Of a stretch of 64,000 nucleotides of DNA, positions 37,132 to 49,636 are shown in pieces. Source of the DNA: Octopus sinensis (taxonomy: Eukaryota); NCBI RefSeq assembly GCF_006345805.1, contig NC_043000.1:15314001-15378000 (forward strand). The letters are read 5' to 3'. Position 1 is the first letter of the stretch. Every line of letters starts with the position of its first letter. The notes under the pieces were generated by a model. The model saw nothing but the letters and a program-made list of their open reading frames with translations, searched no databases and was not told where the DNA came from. Both the position numbers and the translations under genes were made by a program.

Positions 37132-37825
37132 CATATACACACACACATATATACAGGTGAGTGAACAAATGAAAGAGACACTCAACACATTTAGTATGAG
37201 TTACATATATTATTATTTAACAGTTATTGATTCAGCCCCATGTGACTTAAAATTTTGTAAGTTTCTGCAAGAACCCTGTGCAACTTTAAGTCACATGCAA
37301 CTAAATCAAGCTGTTTTAAATAATAATAGTTTAGGATATTTTCTAAGTGTTACCCACTATTCTAATCTTCTTGGCCCGAAGGCTATATTTTGCTTGACTG
37401 TTCATCCTTGTCCACTGTCCTAAATCACACTCTGTATCATTTTGCTTTGTTTTGTTTGCTCTCGGTCCTGAATTCACTGGGAATGTCAGATACTCAGCTG
37501 AATTCTATATGCAAAAGGTATTACCAAATCCAAAATTAAAATCTGGTCAAACTAAAAATAGGTTGGTCCATCAGAACAAAGACAGGCCCTCAGTACAGAA
37601 GTAGGCTATTTGTAAATGTCTACTTGCAGAAAGTATTATTTTAAGAGATATTCTGAGTAATTATTCCAGTATTTTTACCACGAAGTTCAATGCACTTGAA
37701 TATTTGCAGAGAGACAAGATAAAGACAAAGATTGCTAACAGCTTATGAGGTATGGCAAATTTGAGAGGAATCCAATGCAGAATTATGGGAATTCAATCAA
37801 ATCTGTCCAGTGGATGATTTGAAGT

Positions 37826-38070
37826 CAGTAAACACACCAACAGTGGTTGTCAAGCAATGCTAGGGAGACAAACACAGATGCACAAACATACACACACATA
37901 CATATATATACATATATACGACGAGCTTCTTTCAGTTTCTGTCTACCAAATCCACTCACAAGGCTTTGGTCGAGTAAAAGACACTTGCCCAAGGTGCCAC
38001 GCAGTGGGATTGAACCTGGAACTATGTGGTTGGTAAACAAGCTACTTACCACACAGCCACTCCTATGCCT
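37826..38070 (-). mobile_element. Family A SINE (3'-truncated)
   Basis: Head and core present. Confidence 0.8.
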
Positions 38071-39384
38071 AATATTATCTAATATTCTGAAAGTCTCTAA
38101 CTATATGGTGACTGAGTGAAATAACCAAATAGTTAATGTAATGGATAACCTGCTTGTAGATTGTCAAACGAAATCTGCTGCAGGCATTTTATTATTTCTG
38201 TGTAGAACTTTTAGTTCTACATTGTTTCAGTTTAATTAATTGTCAAGAATAGATACCGAATCAGCTGGGAATGTTAATCTGCAACTGACTGGTTTCCTAT
38301 CCTAAAAGCCTTTTGGGGCTTGGAAGATATTTGAATTATGATAATCACAACAAATTTTGCATACAGCTATAGCAATGCAGCAAGTTGTGAGAGACATAGC
38401 CTACAGACATCTGCTTGCTTCAGAGAAAGAAGAAATAGTTTCAGACAGTTTTATATATAAATTACTACAAATAAGAATAGTAAATGTATGGCGATGTATC
38501 TCCTTTGAGAATCAATTGTGGTGTACATGCGGTTTTTAATCTCATTTCTATTACAAGATAAGCATAGTATTGATCTCTCTACTTGATATAAAGAGGTCAA
38601 TATTCTGTCAGAAAAAGACGGTGGAATAGCAGAAACAGTAAAGTATCAGACTAGATGTGCTATGGTGTTTAGTTGTCTCACTATACTGAGTTCAAACACC
38701 ACGAAGCTCACTGACTTTTATTTCTCTTTGATTTTAAATTATGCATTGGCACATGACCAGAAATTTTGGAGGAGAGAGAGCAAGTCAATTACATCAACCT
38801 CAGCACTCAGCTGATAATTTGTTTTATCAACCCTGGAAGGATGAAAGGCAAAGTTGACATCAACAGAACTTGAACTCAGAACGTAAAGACAGATGAATGC
38901 TGCTAAGCATTTTGCCTGGCATGCTAATTTTTCTATCAGCTTGCTGCCTTTTGTATTGGTAATATTAGCAATATATTTATTGACCTGCGGAGATTGATCA
39001 CATCTACTTTACAAATGCACTTTGTGATAAAGTAAGAAATCAGTTTTCTAAAGGAGCAAGGTATAATTAACTAAATAGATACTGATATACTGGTTATACT
39101 TAATTTACAAATCATAAGAAAATGGGTAGGTAAGTTAGTTCCTGAGAGTACGGGAGGTGAAAGGTAGATGGATACCCACCCACACCACTTATCTTTTTTT
39201 TTTGTCTTTATGTAACATATCAGTATGCCCCCCAATACATCTTCACAACCAACCTCTTTGCTTTCTCACTAGGATAACCATGTACCACTCCTACAGCAAG
39301 ACACCTGTTCCTATCCCTCAAATATACCTTAACCTCTCATTTCCTTCAATATTACTCTCCCAGTTGCAGGTTACTTGGTAAGCT

Positions 39385-39555
39385 CACTAGTGCTAGTGGT
39401 GCATAAAAAGCACCAGTACACTCTGTAAAATGGTTGGCATTTGGAAGGGCATTCAGTTGTAAAAACCATGCCAAAAGAGGTCAATTCAATTCTCTGGCTT
39501 GCCAGAGCTGTCCAACCCATGCCAGCATGGAAAATGGACATTAAAGTGATGATGC
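39385..39555 (+). mobile_element. Degenerate family B copy
   Basis: ataaaaagcacc...ggaagggcattc...catgccagcatggaaaatggac. Confidence 0.65.
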
Positions 39556-39707
39556 AGAAAATGGAAGTCTAAGCCAACTTTAGTTCACCTATTATTTAGT
39601 CTGAGGAAGAACTTGACTTTTGCAGATCCTCCTAACCTGGTAAATTTGATATGGCTGATGCTCAGATTTAAATGTGTGCATGTGTGTGTGCGTGCGTGTG
39701 CGTGTGC

Positions 39708-39745
<38 letters not shown>

Positions 39746-40303
39746 CACTGGGGGATGGGGGCAGTTATAGGGAAGAAGGACTGTTTTAATGTTTATGGTG
39801 AGGTTTAGTGGGTGTATGACAAGATATGCACAGATAGATGCATTAAATGGATTTTAGCGAATGTGGTTCACAGCTTGCTAAGCTAGGGAAGTAAAAGCCA
39901 TTGTAGTAACAGAAGATGCAATGCATTGGTTGCTGAGTGGTTGTTGAATAAATATTGCCAATCAGCTGCATGAAACATATGAACAATAGAGTACAAGGTT
40001 TGACAGTTTAAAGATTGCAAATTCTGCAATATGCTGTATGAAGCAGCTCTCTGCTGTTCTTCACTAGAAGTTCACCGTACGATATCTCTATATACCAAAC
40101 AAATGTCACAGAACTCTTACATAAACTTTGCATATTAAAACTGCCAAAGAGTATATTTAAACAGCAGAATTATTATCCTTTGCTCTTTTCAAAGAAGGGC
40201 CCTGCCAAAAACATTGAAACTCGCTTCTCCTCACAATATACAAAGAAGAAATACTCAAACACCAGACTAAATGCAAAACAGCATTTAGTTGCATTTGTTT
40301 TAA

Positions 40304-40514
40304 TCCTTTAGTGTTCACATCATTCTGCCAAAATTAATGCTTTTTTATCCACATTGTTTTGAACTAATCATGTCTTATCTTGTAGCTATGAAATTTTGAT
40401 GAGGTAGCTGTTAATTTTTAAAACAATATTGTAGGGTTGGTCTGAGAGACCAGATCTGGCCAGTTTGAACATAAAACAGGCAGAATACTTTTGGCCGGTT
40501 TAAATGCTAAAGGG
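40304..40514. mobile_element. piggyBac-type MITE (TTAA-flanked)
   Basis: TTAA|tcctttag ... aatgctaaaggg|TTAA; the body ggccagatctggccagtttgaacataaaa is shared with 16490-16680, 53270-53480 and 63750-63969. Confidence 0.7.
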
Positions 40515-40854
40515 TTAAACAGTTATGTCTGATTGGTAAGTTCACTGACTTCTTGTATTATTAGAGCACCAGTGAAGATCACTGATCACGAAGCTAATGA
40601 TGGTAATTGCATTCACTACAGCTAAATGGAGAGAGTAAACAACAGTTTGTCATGGCTAAAGCAGTGTGCTAATGAAATGATTTAAATTCTACATCCTTTA
40701 GTTGTTTTATTTATTTATTTATTTATTTTCTGCCCTTATTTCCTTGCTTAAAAGTAGTTGGCATGAAATAGCCATCTATATCATACGTAATGTAAATATA
40801 TCATTCAAAGGCAATTTTTCTAACATTTATGCATACCTTGCTTTCATTGGACAC

Positions 40855-41306
40855 TGCTTGCGAAGACCTGTTGAGGCAAGGGAAATCGAAATCAAATTCG
40901 ATGACTGGCATCCTTGCTAGTGGAGCACTTAGAGCACCATCCAAGCGTGATCGTTGCCAGAGCAGCTAACTGATGTTCATGCTGGTGGCACATAAAAAGC
41001 ACCATTCGAGTGTGCTCGATACCAGCGTCGCCTTACTGGCACTTGTGCTGGTGTGCAGGTGACACGTAAAAAAAACCCCACAATTTTTCCGTGGCCATTG
41101 CCAGTACTGCCTGACTGGCCCTCATGTGGTGGCACGTAAAAGCACCCACTACATTCTCGGAGTGGTTGGCATTAGGAAGGGTATCCAGCTGTAGAAACTC
41201 TGCCAGATCAAGATTGGAGCCTGGTGCAGCCATCTGGTTCACCAGTCCTCGGTCAAATCGTCCAACCCATGCTAGCATGGAAAGCAAACGTTAAATGATG
41301 ATGATG
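40855..41306 (+). mobile_element. Family B long copy
   Basis: Starts gaagacctgttgaggcaag, the same 5' part as the 46760 copy and the reverse complement of 30614. Confidence 0.85.
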
Positions 41307-41487
41307 TCTCAAGGACATGTCAGAGGGAGATGGAAATTACCCCAGTACTGGCTAGTGAGAACAGAAGTATTTTGGCCTGATTGGTCTTTGTCAAGGTTGT
41401 CACATGCTTAGATGTGTACACACCACTGATAAGGTCCAACAATGCTGAAAAGCATCTGGTGTTCTCACTAGCTGCTGCTGGAATGAT

Positions 41488-41868
41488 CCTTACTCCTTTT
41501 ACTTGTTTCAGTCATTTGACTGCGGCTATGCTGGAGTGCCGCCTTTAGTTGAGCAAATCGACCCCAGGACTCATTCTTTGTAAGCCTAGTACTTATTCTA
41601 TCAGTCTCTTTTGCTGAACCGCTAAGTTGCGGGGATGTAAACACACCACCATCGGTTGTCAAGTGATGTTGGGGGGGACAAACACAGACACATAAACATA
41701 TACACACACATACATATATACAACGGGCTTCTTTCAGTTTCTGTCTACCAAATCCACTCACAAGGCTTTGGTCGGCCTGAGGCTATAGTAGAAAACGCTT
41801 GCCTAAGGCGCCACACAGTGGGACTGAACCCAGAACCATGTGGTTGGTAAGCAAGCTACTTATCACAC
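41488..41868 (-). mobile_element. Family A SINE
   Basis: Full-length match. Confidence 0.85.
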
Positions 41869-42061
41869 CTGATATATATTGTTTTTAAACACAGCACGAC
41901 CATAAAAGATGTTATCTCTGGACAAATACTGTAGGAAATTGTCTTTCAACAACGTATTTACATTAAGTATGCTACATAGGTAGTTATTTTAATATAATAC
42001 TGCTTCTATAGGATACAGGTGGCTTAATATCAAGATGAAAGAAACCATTATGATTAGACGT

Positions 42062-42424
42062 AACCGAACGTGGCCGTTGCCAGCGCTGCCCCGACTGGCC
42101 TCGTGCAGTTGGCCCGTAAAAAGCACCATCCATTCATGGCCGTTGCCAGCCTTGCCTGGCCCCCGTGCCGGTGGCACATAAAAAGCACCATCCGATCGTG
42201 GCTGTTTGCCAGACTCGTCTGGCACCTGTGCTGGTGGCACGTAAAAAGCACCCACTACACTCATGGAGTAGTTGGCGTTAAGAAGGGAATCCAGCTGTAG
42301 AAACACTGCCAAACCAGACTGGAGCCTGGTGCAGCCTCCATGGCATACCAGACCCCAGTTGAACCGTCCAACCCATGCTAGCATAGAAAGCGGACGCTAA
42401 ACGATGATGATGATGATGATGATG
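42062..42424 (+). mobile_element. Family B copy (young)
   Basis: Three modules, CpG retained, long (gat)n tail. Confidence 0.85.
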
Positions 42425-42759
42425 TAGTTCCTTTGAAAATAGACAGGTAGGCAGAAACAGACAGATGGACAGGTATGTAAATGGCCAGACACCTGAAGAT
42501 GGTTAAGTTAGAAAAGTAATAGAATATAAATATTCTTGGTGCATGAAAACTTTGTTATTTACTAAACAGAATAACAATTAGAATTGAAAAGACAAGGATT
42601 AACTATTGAAGGTTTGTAAAAGCACAGTTGTAGTGAGGTGAGGAGAGAGAGTGTGAGTGTATGTGTGTGTGTGTTTCTCAACAGAAATTGGACATTTCTT
42701 TTTGAAAAAGGATGTAAAAAGTACTAGTATTATCATCATTAACATTATTAGTAGCAAGC

Positions 42760-43995
42760 TAGCAGAAGCATTATCATGCCAGACAAGGTGCTAAGTAGAA
42801 TTTCCGTCATCTTTACTGTTCTGAGTTCAAATTCCTCCAAGGTTGACTGTGCCTTTCATCCTAATGAGGCTGATAAAATAAGCGCCGTTTGGGCACTGGA
42901 GTCGATGCAATCAACTATCTCCCCCTCTCTACACAATTTTAGGCGTTTTGCCTATAGTAAAAAGGATTATCATTAAAACAGTACTCAGGCAGTGTGGTAC
43001 AACACTGGAAAAAATAAAAGCAAAGCATTTGCCTGGCATGCTACCGATGCTGCAAGCTCACTACCTTAATAATAATAATGATAGTAATTTCAAATTTCAA
43101 ATAATTTCAAATGCAAAGCATTTTTTTTTCTGTTTTTTTTTATGAGTTCAAATCTCACTAGGGTCAACTTTGCCTTTCATCTTTTCTGGCAGGGTTAATA
43201 AAATAAAATACCTATTTCTTTACTACCCACAAGGGGCTAAACACAGAGGGGACAAACAAACGGATTAAGTCGATTACATGGACCCCAGTGCATAACTGGT
43301 ACTTAATTTATCGACCCCGAAAGGATGAAAGGCAAAGTCAACCTCGGCGGTATTTGAACTCATAACGTAACGGCAGACGAAATACCGCTAAACATTTCGC
43401 CCAGCATGCTAACGTTTCTGCCAGCTCGCCGCCTTTACCAATAGAGTACTGGGCTTGATGTAACTGAGTAATTTCTCCCTCTAAAATTGCTGGTCACATG
43501 CAAAAATTTGAAATTATTATTATTAAGGTAGTGAGCTCACAGCATCGGTAGCATGCCAGGCAAAATCCTTAGTGGTATTTCGTCTGTCACCATGTTCTGA
43601 GTTCAAATTCCGTCGAGGTCAACTTTGCCTTTCATCCTTTTGGGGTCAATAAAATAAGTACCAGTTGAACACTGGGGTCGATGTAATCGACTCATCCCCT
43701 CCCCCACCCAAATTACCTCCCTTGTGGCAAAATTTGAAACCATTATTATTATTACTATTAATATTTATTATTACTATCATAATTATTAAGATGGTGAGGT
43801 GGCAGAACTGTGAGTACATGCCAGACAAAATGCTTAGCAGCATTTCTTCTGGCTAAATGTCAGAGTTCAAATTCCACTAAGGCTGACTTTGCCTTTTATC
43901 CTTATGGGGTTAATAAGTATCAGTTAAGCACTGAAGTCAAAGTACACAATGAAACCCTCCCCTAAAATTTCAGGCTTTGTACATATTTTAGAAAG
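42760..43995. mobile_element. Cluster of family C SINEs (+42760-42985, partial +43145-43208, -43209-43434, +43527-43745, +43795-43995)
   Basis: Repeated gagttcaaattcc...tttgcctttcatcc cores; two different 3' tails are present. Confidence 0.8.
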
Positions 43996-44706
43996 CATCA
44001 TCATCATTATTATTATAAAACTATTATTATTATTATTATTATTATGCAAGAGAGAAATAATAAAAAAAATTTTATGGCAGATGTTAAATTGTTGTTGATA
44101 TGATGTTGCCACAACTCAGATTTAATTAAAAACAAATGACAACATTAAATTATTCAACCATGTTCTCTGTCTTTTTCCTTCTCCCTAACCCTTGTTGGAA
44201 AACTAATATTTAAAGAACATCTTATTGTGTTGAAGTGTTCTTCAGTAGCTCTGATGTCTGGTGTATGAACACTATGATACCAGCAGATGTCTGCCATAGA
44301 CATTTTCCTATGACCAATTCTTTGCGAGTAACCTATGGCAACAGCATTGTTCTAAGAAAGATACTTGGGCAGCCCAGATGACATGCTAACAACAAAAATG
44401 ACCAGCATATTTCTGAAGTGTTGCTGCTGGCACCTACCTAACACAATAGCGATGATGATAGAGAAAAATGCTACTGTACACACCTATATAACCCCATGCC
44501 AACATCTGACGAGGAGGAAAGGAAAGCTTCACATTAGAACTATACAAGACAAGAGAAGACTGAAAAGAACTAGAAACACAGTGGAGGGCAGAGAACATAA
44601 CCATTTCTTAATGGAAAATGCAATGTATATTGCTTTTGTTCAATACAGTTTATAGTCATATAGCTAATCTTTGCTTTTGTGGCATGATTTTCCAGTCATT
44701 TCTTTC

Positions 44707-44756
<50 letters not shown>

Positions 44757-44760
<4 letters not shown>

Positions 44761-45735
44761 GTTGTTTGGAAAGTTCGTACCGATTTATAGTAGCTTACCT
44801 TTCGACGGATCTTTTCGGTTTGACCGGCAGTATTTTAAAATAATTTCCATGTAACTAAACACTTTTAAACTTCGTATACTGGTAGAATGTGTTTATAAAA
44901 CATCTTTTTCTCTTGGCTTTATTGAGAAAATTCTATAGTTTGTAAGATATTTGTTGTTTTTTTTCTTCAATTTCTGCAATTTCAACCAATCAATGACGTC
45001 TATTTGAGGTGAAAACATTCTGTGCCATATGAATATGTCCCTCGTTTAAGAAACAGATTGGGTTTATTTACATTTCTGAAGAAAAAAGATACCCTTCCCC
45101 CCACCCCTAACCCTAACACAGATTGAAATGCAATAGATTGATACTAGGGTCATAATTATGGGTAACAATTTCATATGACACCACTAGAAAAAACTGCCGT
45201 TCAAACCGAAAAGATCCCCTTTCGACTTATTTTAGAACATAGTTGAGTTCATAAAATAGGATTTGGCTACACCTCCATTTAGAGCACAGTTTAAGCTATC
45301 TTTTCGTGGAAGAAGGTTTATGTTCCTATAACCTGTGTTAATTTTGTAACCCTTTAAAATGGAAGATAAGAAAGTTCATTTTCAGCACTTGATGCTTTGG
45401 GAACCAGACAAAAATTGCTACACCTCAGCTGGGATGTGTTACCCCACCCTCCATATTCACAACATATTGCTTCGGATTTCCACTTATTCAGGTCTCTGCA
45501 GAATAGTCTTAATCGTAAAATTTCAATTCCTTGGATGACGTAAAAAGATACCTTGATGAATTCTTTGCCATGAAACCATCTCAATTCTGGGAGATGGTAT
45601 TTTCAAGTTAAAGGAAAGATGGAGAAGCATCGTGCAACAAAATGGTTCATATTTGGTTGATTAAAAATGTAATGGCAAGTATTTATATTGACCTTTTTCT
45701 TTCCTTTAAAAATCGACACAATCTTTCCAGACAAC

Positions 45736-45739
<4 letters not shown>
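44757..45739 (+). mobile_element. Internally deleted mariner transposon between TA repeats
   Basis: TIRs ttaggttgtttggaaagttcgtaccgattt / aaatcgacacaatctttccagacaacccaa. ATG at 45359 (MEDKKVHFQHLMLWE) joins directly to the C-terminal WDVLPHPPYS..DFHLFRSLQNSL..ERWRSIVQQNGSY*. Confidence 0.9.
44807..45217. mobile_element. MITE with about 30-bp TIRs and a 9-bp TSD (Mutator-like), nested in the mariner
   Basis: ggatcttttcggtttgaccggcag ... ctgccgttcaaaccgaaaagatcc; TSD cctttcgac at 44798-44806 and 45218-45226. Confidence 0.85.
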
Positions 45740-45773
<34 letters not shown>

Positions 45774-46584
45774 AAATTACAATGCAGTGTCACTTCTTTG
45801 TAACCTCACTATCATCATCACCAATGGTAAGCTACACTTGTTCATGGCAAAAAGAAAAAAAAATCCTGTTGATGGTGTGAGTAAATAAATGGAGTTAGTA
45901 CTGAATAAATGTAAATACTATTGTTGTCATTATTTATAAAGGGTGTTACCAAAATAAGCTGCTGATTTTTGTGGATTATCTTTCATCTTTTTCTAGTTTC
46001 AGTCACTGAGCTGCAACCATGCTAGGAGAACTACCTGATAGGTTTTAGTCAATCCAGTACTTATTTTTTAAGCCCGATACATATTATATCAGTCTCTTTT
46101 GCCAAACAACTAAGTTATGGGAAGTAAACAAACCAACACCAGTTGTCAAGAGGTGATGGACAAATACAACACACACACACAACAGGCTTCCTCACAGTTT
46201 TCTGCAACCAAATTCACTTGCAAAGCATTGATTGGCACAGAGCTACAGTGGAAGGAACTGCACATTGGAATTGAACCCAAAACCAATTGGCTACAAAGCA
46301 AACTACTTAACCACACAGCTATATCCTCTCCATTTGAAAGAGACCTATGTGCTTGCTTGAACAGTTAAGACAAGCTGCCAAATGTTCCTCAAATTACATC
46401 CTACTACCTTAAAGATGGAAGGACACATTGGATAATTTAGCCCTATATATAGGGTAGCCAAGGTTATTATGCCTTTGATTATAGGGCTGTTCAATCAAGA
46501 TTGACGTGGGGCTAAGCTACAACATATTTTGATCAAGCTTTAGGATATAAGTGAAAATCTGGAATAGTTCTTGTGTCATCAATA

Positions 46585-49500
46585 AAAGTGACAATATTCA
46601 AATTGCTCTCATGCTGAGTTAATGATTTGATTTGAACATTTTTGGTTCTGTTTGCTTTCAAATGAGGATCTGCAATTATATTTATGATAACCCGTGGCCT
46701 TCTACATGGGATGGAGCCAGCCTGCGTATGCATACCTTCCCTTCTTGGGACACAAAACTCTACTTGTGAAGACCTGTTGAGGCAAGTGAGGATCAGAATC
46801 GAAATCGATCAATGGAAATTGCAGCTGAGTTACCAGTGCCGGTGGCACGTAAGAGAACCATCCGTTCGTGACCGTTGCCAGCACCGCCCCGACTGGCCTA
46901 ATGCCGGTGGCACGTAAAAATCCCCCACTACACTCACGGAGTGGTTGGCGTTAGGAAGGGCATCCAGCCGTAGAAACACTGCCAGATCAGACTGGGCCTG
47001 ATGCAGCCTTCTGGCTTCACAGACCACAGTTGAACCGTCCAACCCATGCTAGCATGGAAAGCGGACGCTAAATGATGATGATGATTATTCTATCTCCATA
47101 AGGTACAGTAATAATCCTTTAACATCAAAGTCATTTGAGAAGACAATTCAAAATTGTTGAGAAACAAAAAGAGAAAAATCATCAAATTTAATATGAAATC
47201 ATCATCATCATCATCGTTTAACGTCCGTTCTCCATGCTAGCATGGGTTGGACGGTTCGACCGGGGATCTGGGAAGCCAGAAGGCTGCACCAGGCTCCGGT
47301 CTTATCTGGCAATGTTTCTACAGCTGGATGCCCTTCGTAACGCCAATCACTCTGTGAGTGTAGTGGGTGCCACCTGCACGTATCAAATGGTTGATATAAT
47401 ATTAAATACAATAATTATAAAGACCACATCTGCATATTATCAAATACTCTAAACAAACAAAACTCAAAGAAGACAAAAATTAATTTATTAAATAAAAGTG
47501 ACAGAAGCTGGTGGAGAGACTGTATCATTGGAAACCCTATCATGTTAGAGCACAAGATTCTGTATGGGTTCCCAAGGTTAGCCATATTGTGGAGCAATTC
47601 ACAAAAACAAGTTATGGGAATGATGATGAGAAGCCTTATCATGAGAAAGAAGGGCATCGTAGCAATTTTCAGCATCATGTTACAGACTTGATAGATGCCA
47701 TTCTGAGCACTGGAAATCATTTTGTGGAAATCAATGCAGGCCTGGTAACACTAGGTGATAAATTGTATGATAAGTCTTGTACAATTCCTATCCAAATTTT
47801 AGAATACAAGAGAATAGAAATAATATAACTTCCCAAATAGTTGTTGCTTTTCCATGAACGGAAATCTCAGTGCTTAAGCAAAAAGTCCAGAACTGCAAGT
47901 AATACTCAGACTGTTTTAGACAGGAATTTGTTCCACTGGATAGCTGTTGCAGAAACCTGGATGAATTTTTCTGCCATGAATTACCTTCTTCTGAAAGAGC
48001 TCTCAACTTGGACATTCACCATGGAAACTAGTCCAACCAATGACATGAATGGCGATGAGAAATTAATGGCACCAGATATTTCTTAGTTTATTATTGATGG
48101 TGGTGCACTGATTCACACTGCAGGGAACAACTGTCTGGGGAAAAGTCTTCAGGATTGCTTTCTACACAAAAATCACGTGTGATACTGTCCAAGACCGCTA
48201 TCATACATCAACAACCAAAGTTGGCATAAGTGAGAACTATGAACAGGTATACAACAGCATGTGTCTGAAAGTGCCAAGATCCCAGAAAACTGGCAGAACT
48301 TTTTGGCAAATGCAGATAACAAGAAGGAGTTGTTTTCATACCTTTCGATAAAACTTATGTCAGTATAGTTCCAAGATGATGTGTCTGTGCATAACTTCCA
48401 TGCAAGGAAATGGTAGTCCTGTAGGACAATGCAATCATGACAAGATGATACTCGTCTTATGGTGCACCTTCTTCATGCCTTCCAATATTCATCCCTTGGG
48501 ATGGTCCATACAGGAGACACAGATGTTACTTCTGAGTAATTTCCATCACACCGTCATTGCAAACCCAGAGGCAGAAAACTTTGGATTTCATTCAAAGCTG
48601 GAAAAGAAATCAAAATGATCTCCCTCAATGTTATTGCCTCAGGCTTAGGAGAGACAACATGCAAAGTAATTGCTTTCTTTTTCGTGCTTTCTCTGGTTCA
48701 GACACCACATCATCTTGCAAGTTTAAGAGAAACTGCTACTGTTTGAAGACAAAGAACAATATTCCACACCTTATTAAAGAAGCTACTGTTGCTGCTAATA
48801 CTTCATATTAGCACAACTGGAAGATCTTGTGATACAGTTTTTCTGTGGGCTGTACTCCAATGATTCATCCTCTGGTGATGCCAATGTTGATCTCAAGAGA
48901 ATGAAGATGTCACAAGATCAGGAATGTGGAAAGAATACCCCCACCCCAACAAACAATGCTTTGGACCAGCTTCTTGAAAGGACACTCTTTCAAGCAGGGG
49001 TTTGGATTACAGCTAATGAGCCTATGATGCTTGTGCAAGGCCTCTGCAACCATGGATGGACAAGAGACAAAAATAGTTCCTGTTTGGACTACACTAAGCC
49101 TTGCAAGTATTTTTTCAATCATGATGTAGAATGGCCAGGCACAAACATGTTCACTGTGCAAGTGAAAAAAAAATCAAAATTAAAATGTATACATTTGTGC
49201 AAGTACTAAATGTACAAATGTTCATTTGCAGAAGTGCATAAATGGCTTATATTTCCAAGTCAAATGACATTAATATTTATATAGTCATCACAAATTTTCA
49301 GAATTCATAAAACTTTTTAATGCATTTAATATTTGTTTTCTTTGAATTTCAGATATTTGGAGTCTTTGATGATTTGAAAGAGTGGCCTTAATAATTCAAG
49401 TATATAATATTATATACTAACTTGGTTTGATATTACATTTGATGATTTTATTCTTTTGTTCTTGATCATCTTAAAATTAACTTGATATTAGAGAGATAAA

Positions 49501-49636
49501 ATAATTAGAAAAATAAAATAATTGTAAATTATCGTCATTTGAAGAAATTTGCAAAAGATTGTATAGATCTTCATTTGAAAACAAATGACACTAACCAGGC
49601 CAACTCAAATGTTAGAGTCATTTGAAAAGTCACTTT
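46585..49636 (+). mobile_element. Decayed Academ-like DNA transposon (XPG/FEN1-type nuclease plus Cys-rich finger), pseudogenised
   Basis: Frame-shifted motifs GNHF, NLDEFFCHELPS, IIDGGALIH, KIPENWQNFLANADNKKELFSYL, CNH..DTRLMVHL, DTDV, LWISFKAGK, AFSGSDTTS, ALDQLLERTLFQAGVW, HGW, CSLCK..KLKCIHLCK. Imperfect inverted repeats at 46585-46671 and 49565-49636. Confidence 0.7.
46760..47380. mobile_element. Two young family B copies tail-to-tail (+ 46760-47085, - 47197-47380), inside the Academ-like relic
   Basis: Conserved tails face each other about 110 bp apart. Confidence 0.85.

Noticed and set aside
45100-45116. Interstitial telomere repeat (cccctaaccctaac)
   Set aside because: Only two units, internal to a MITE.
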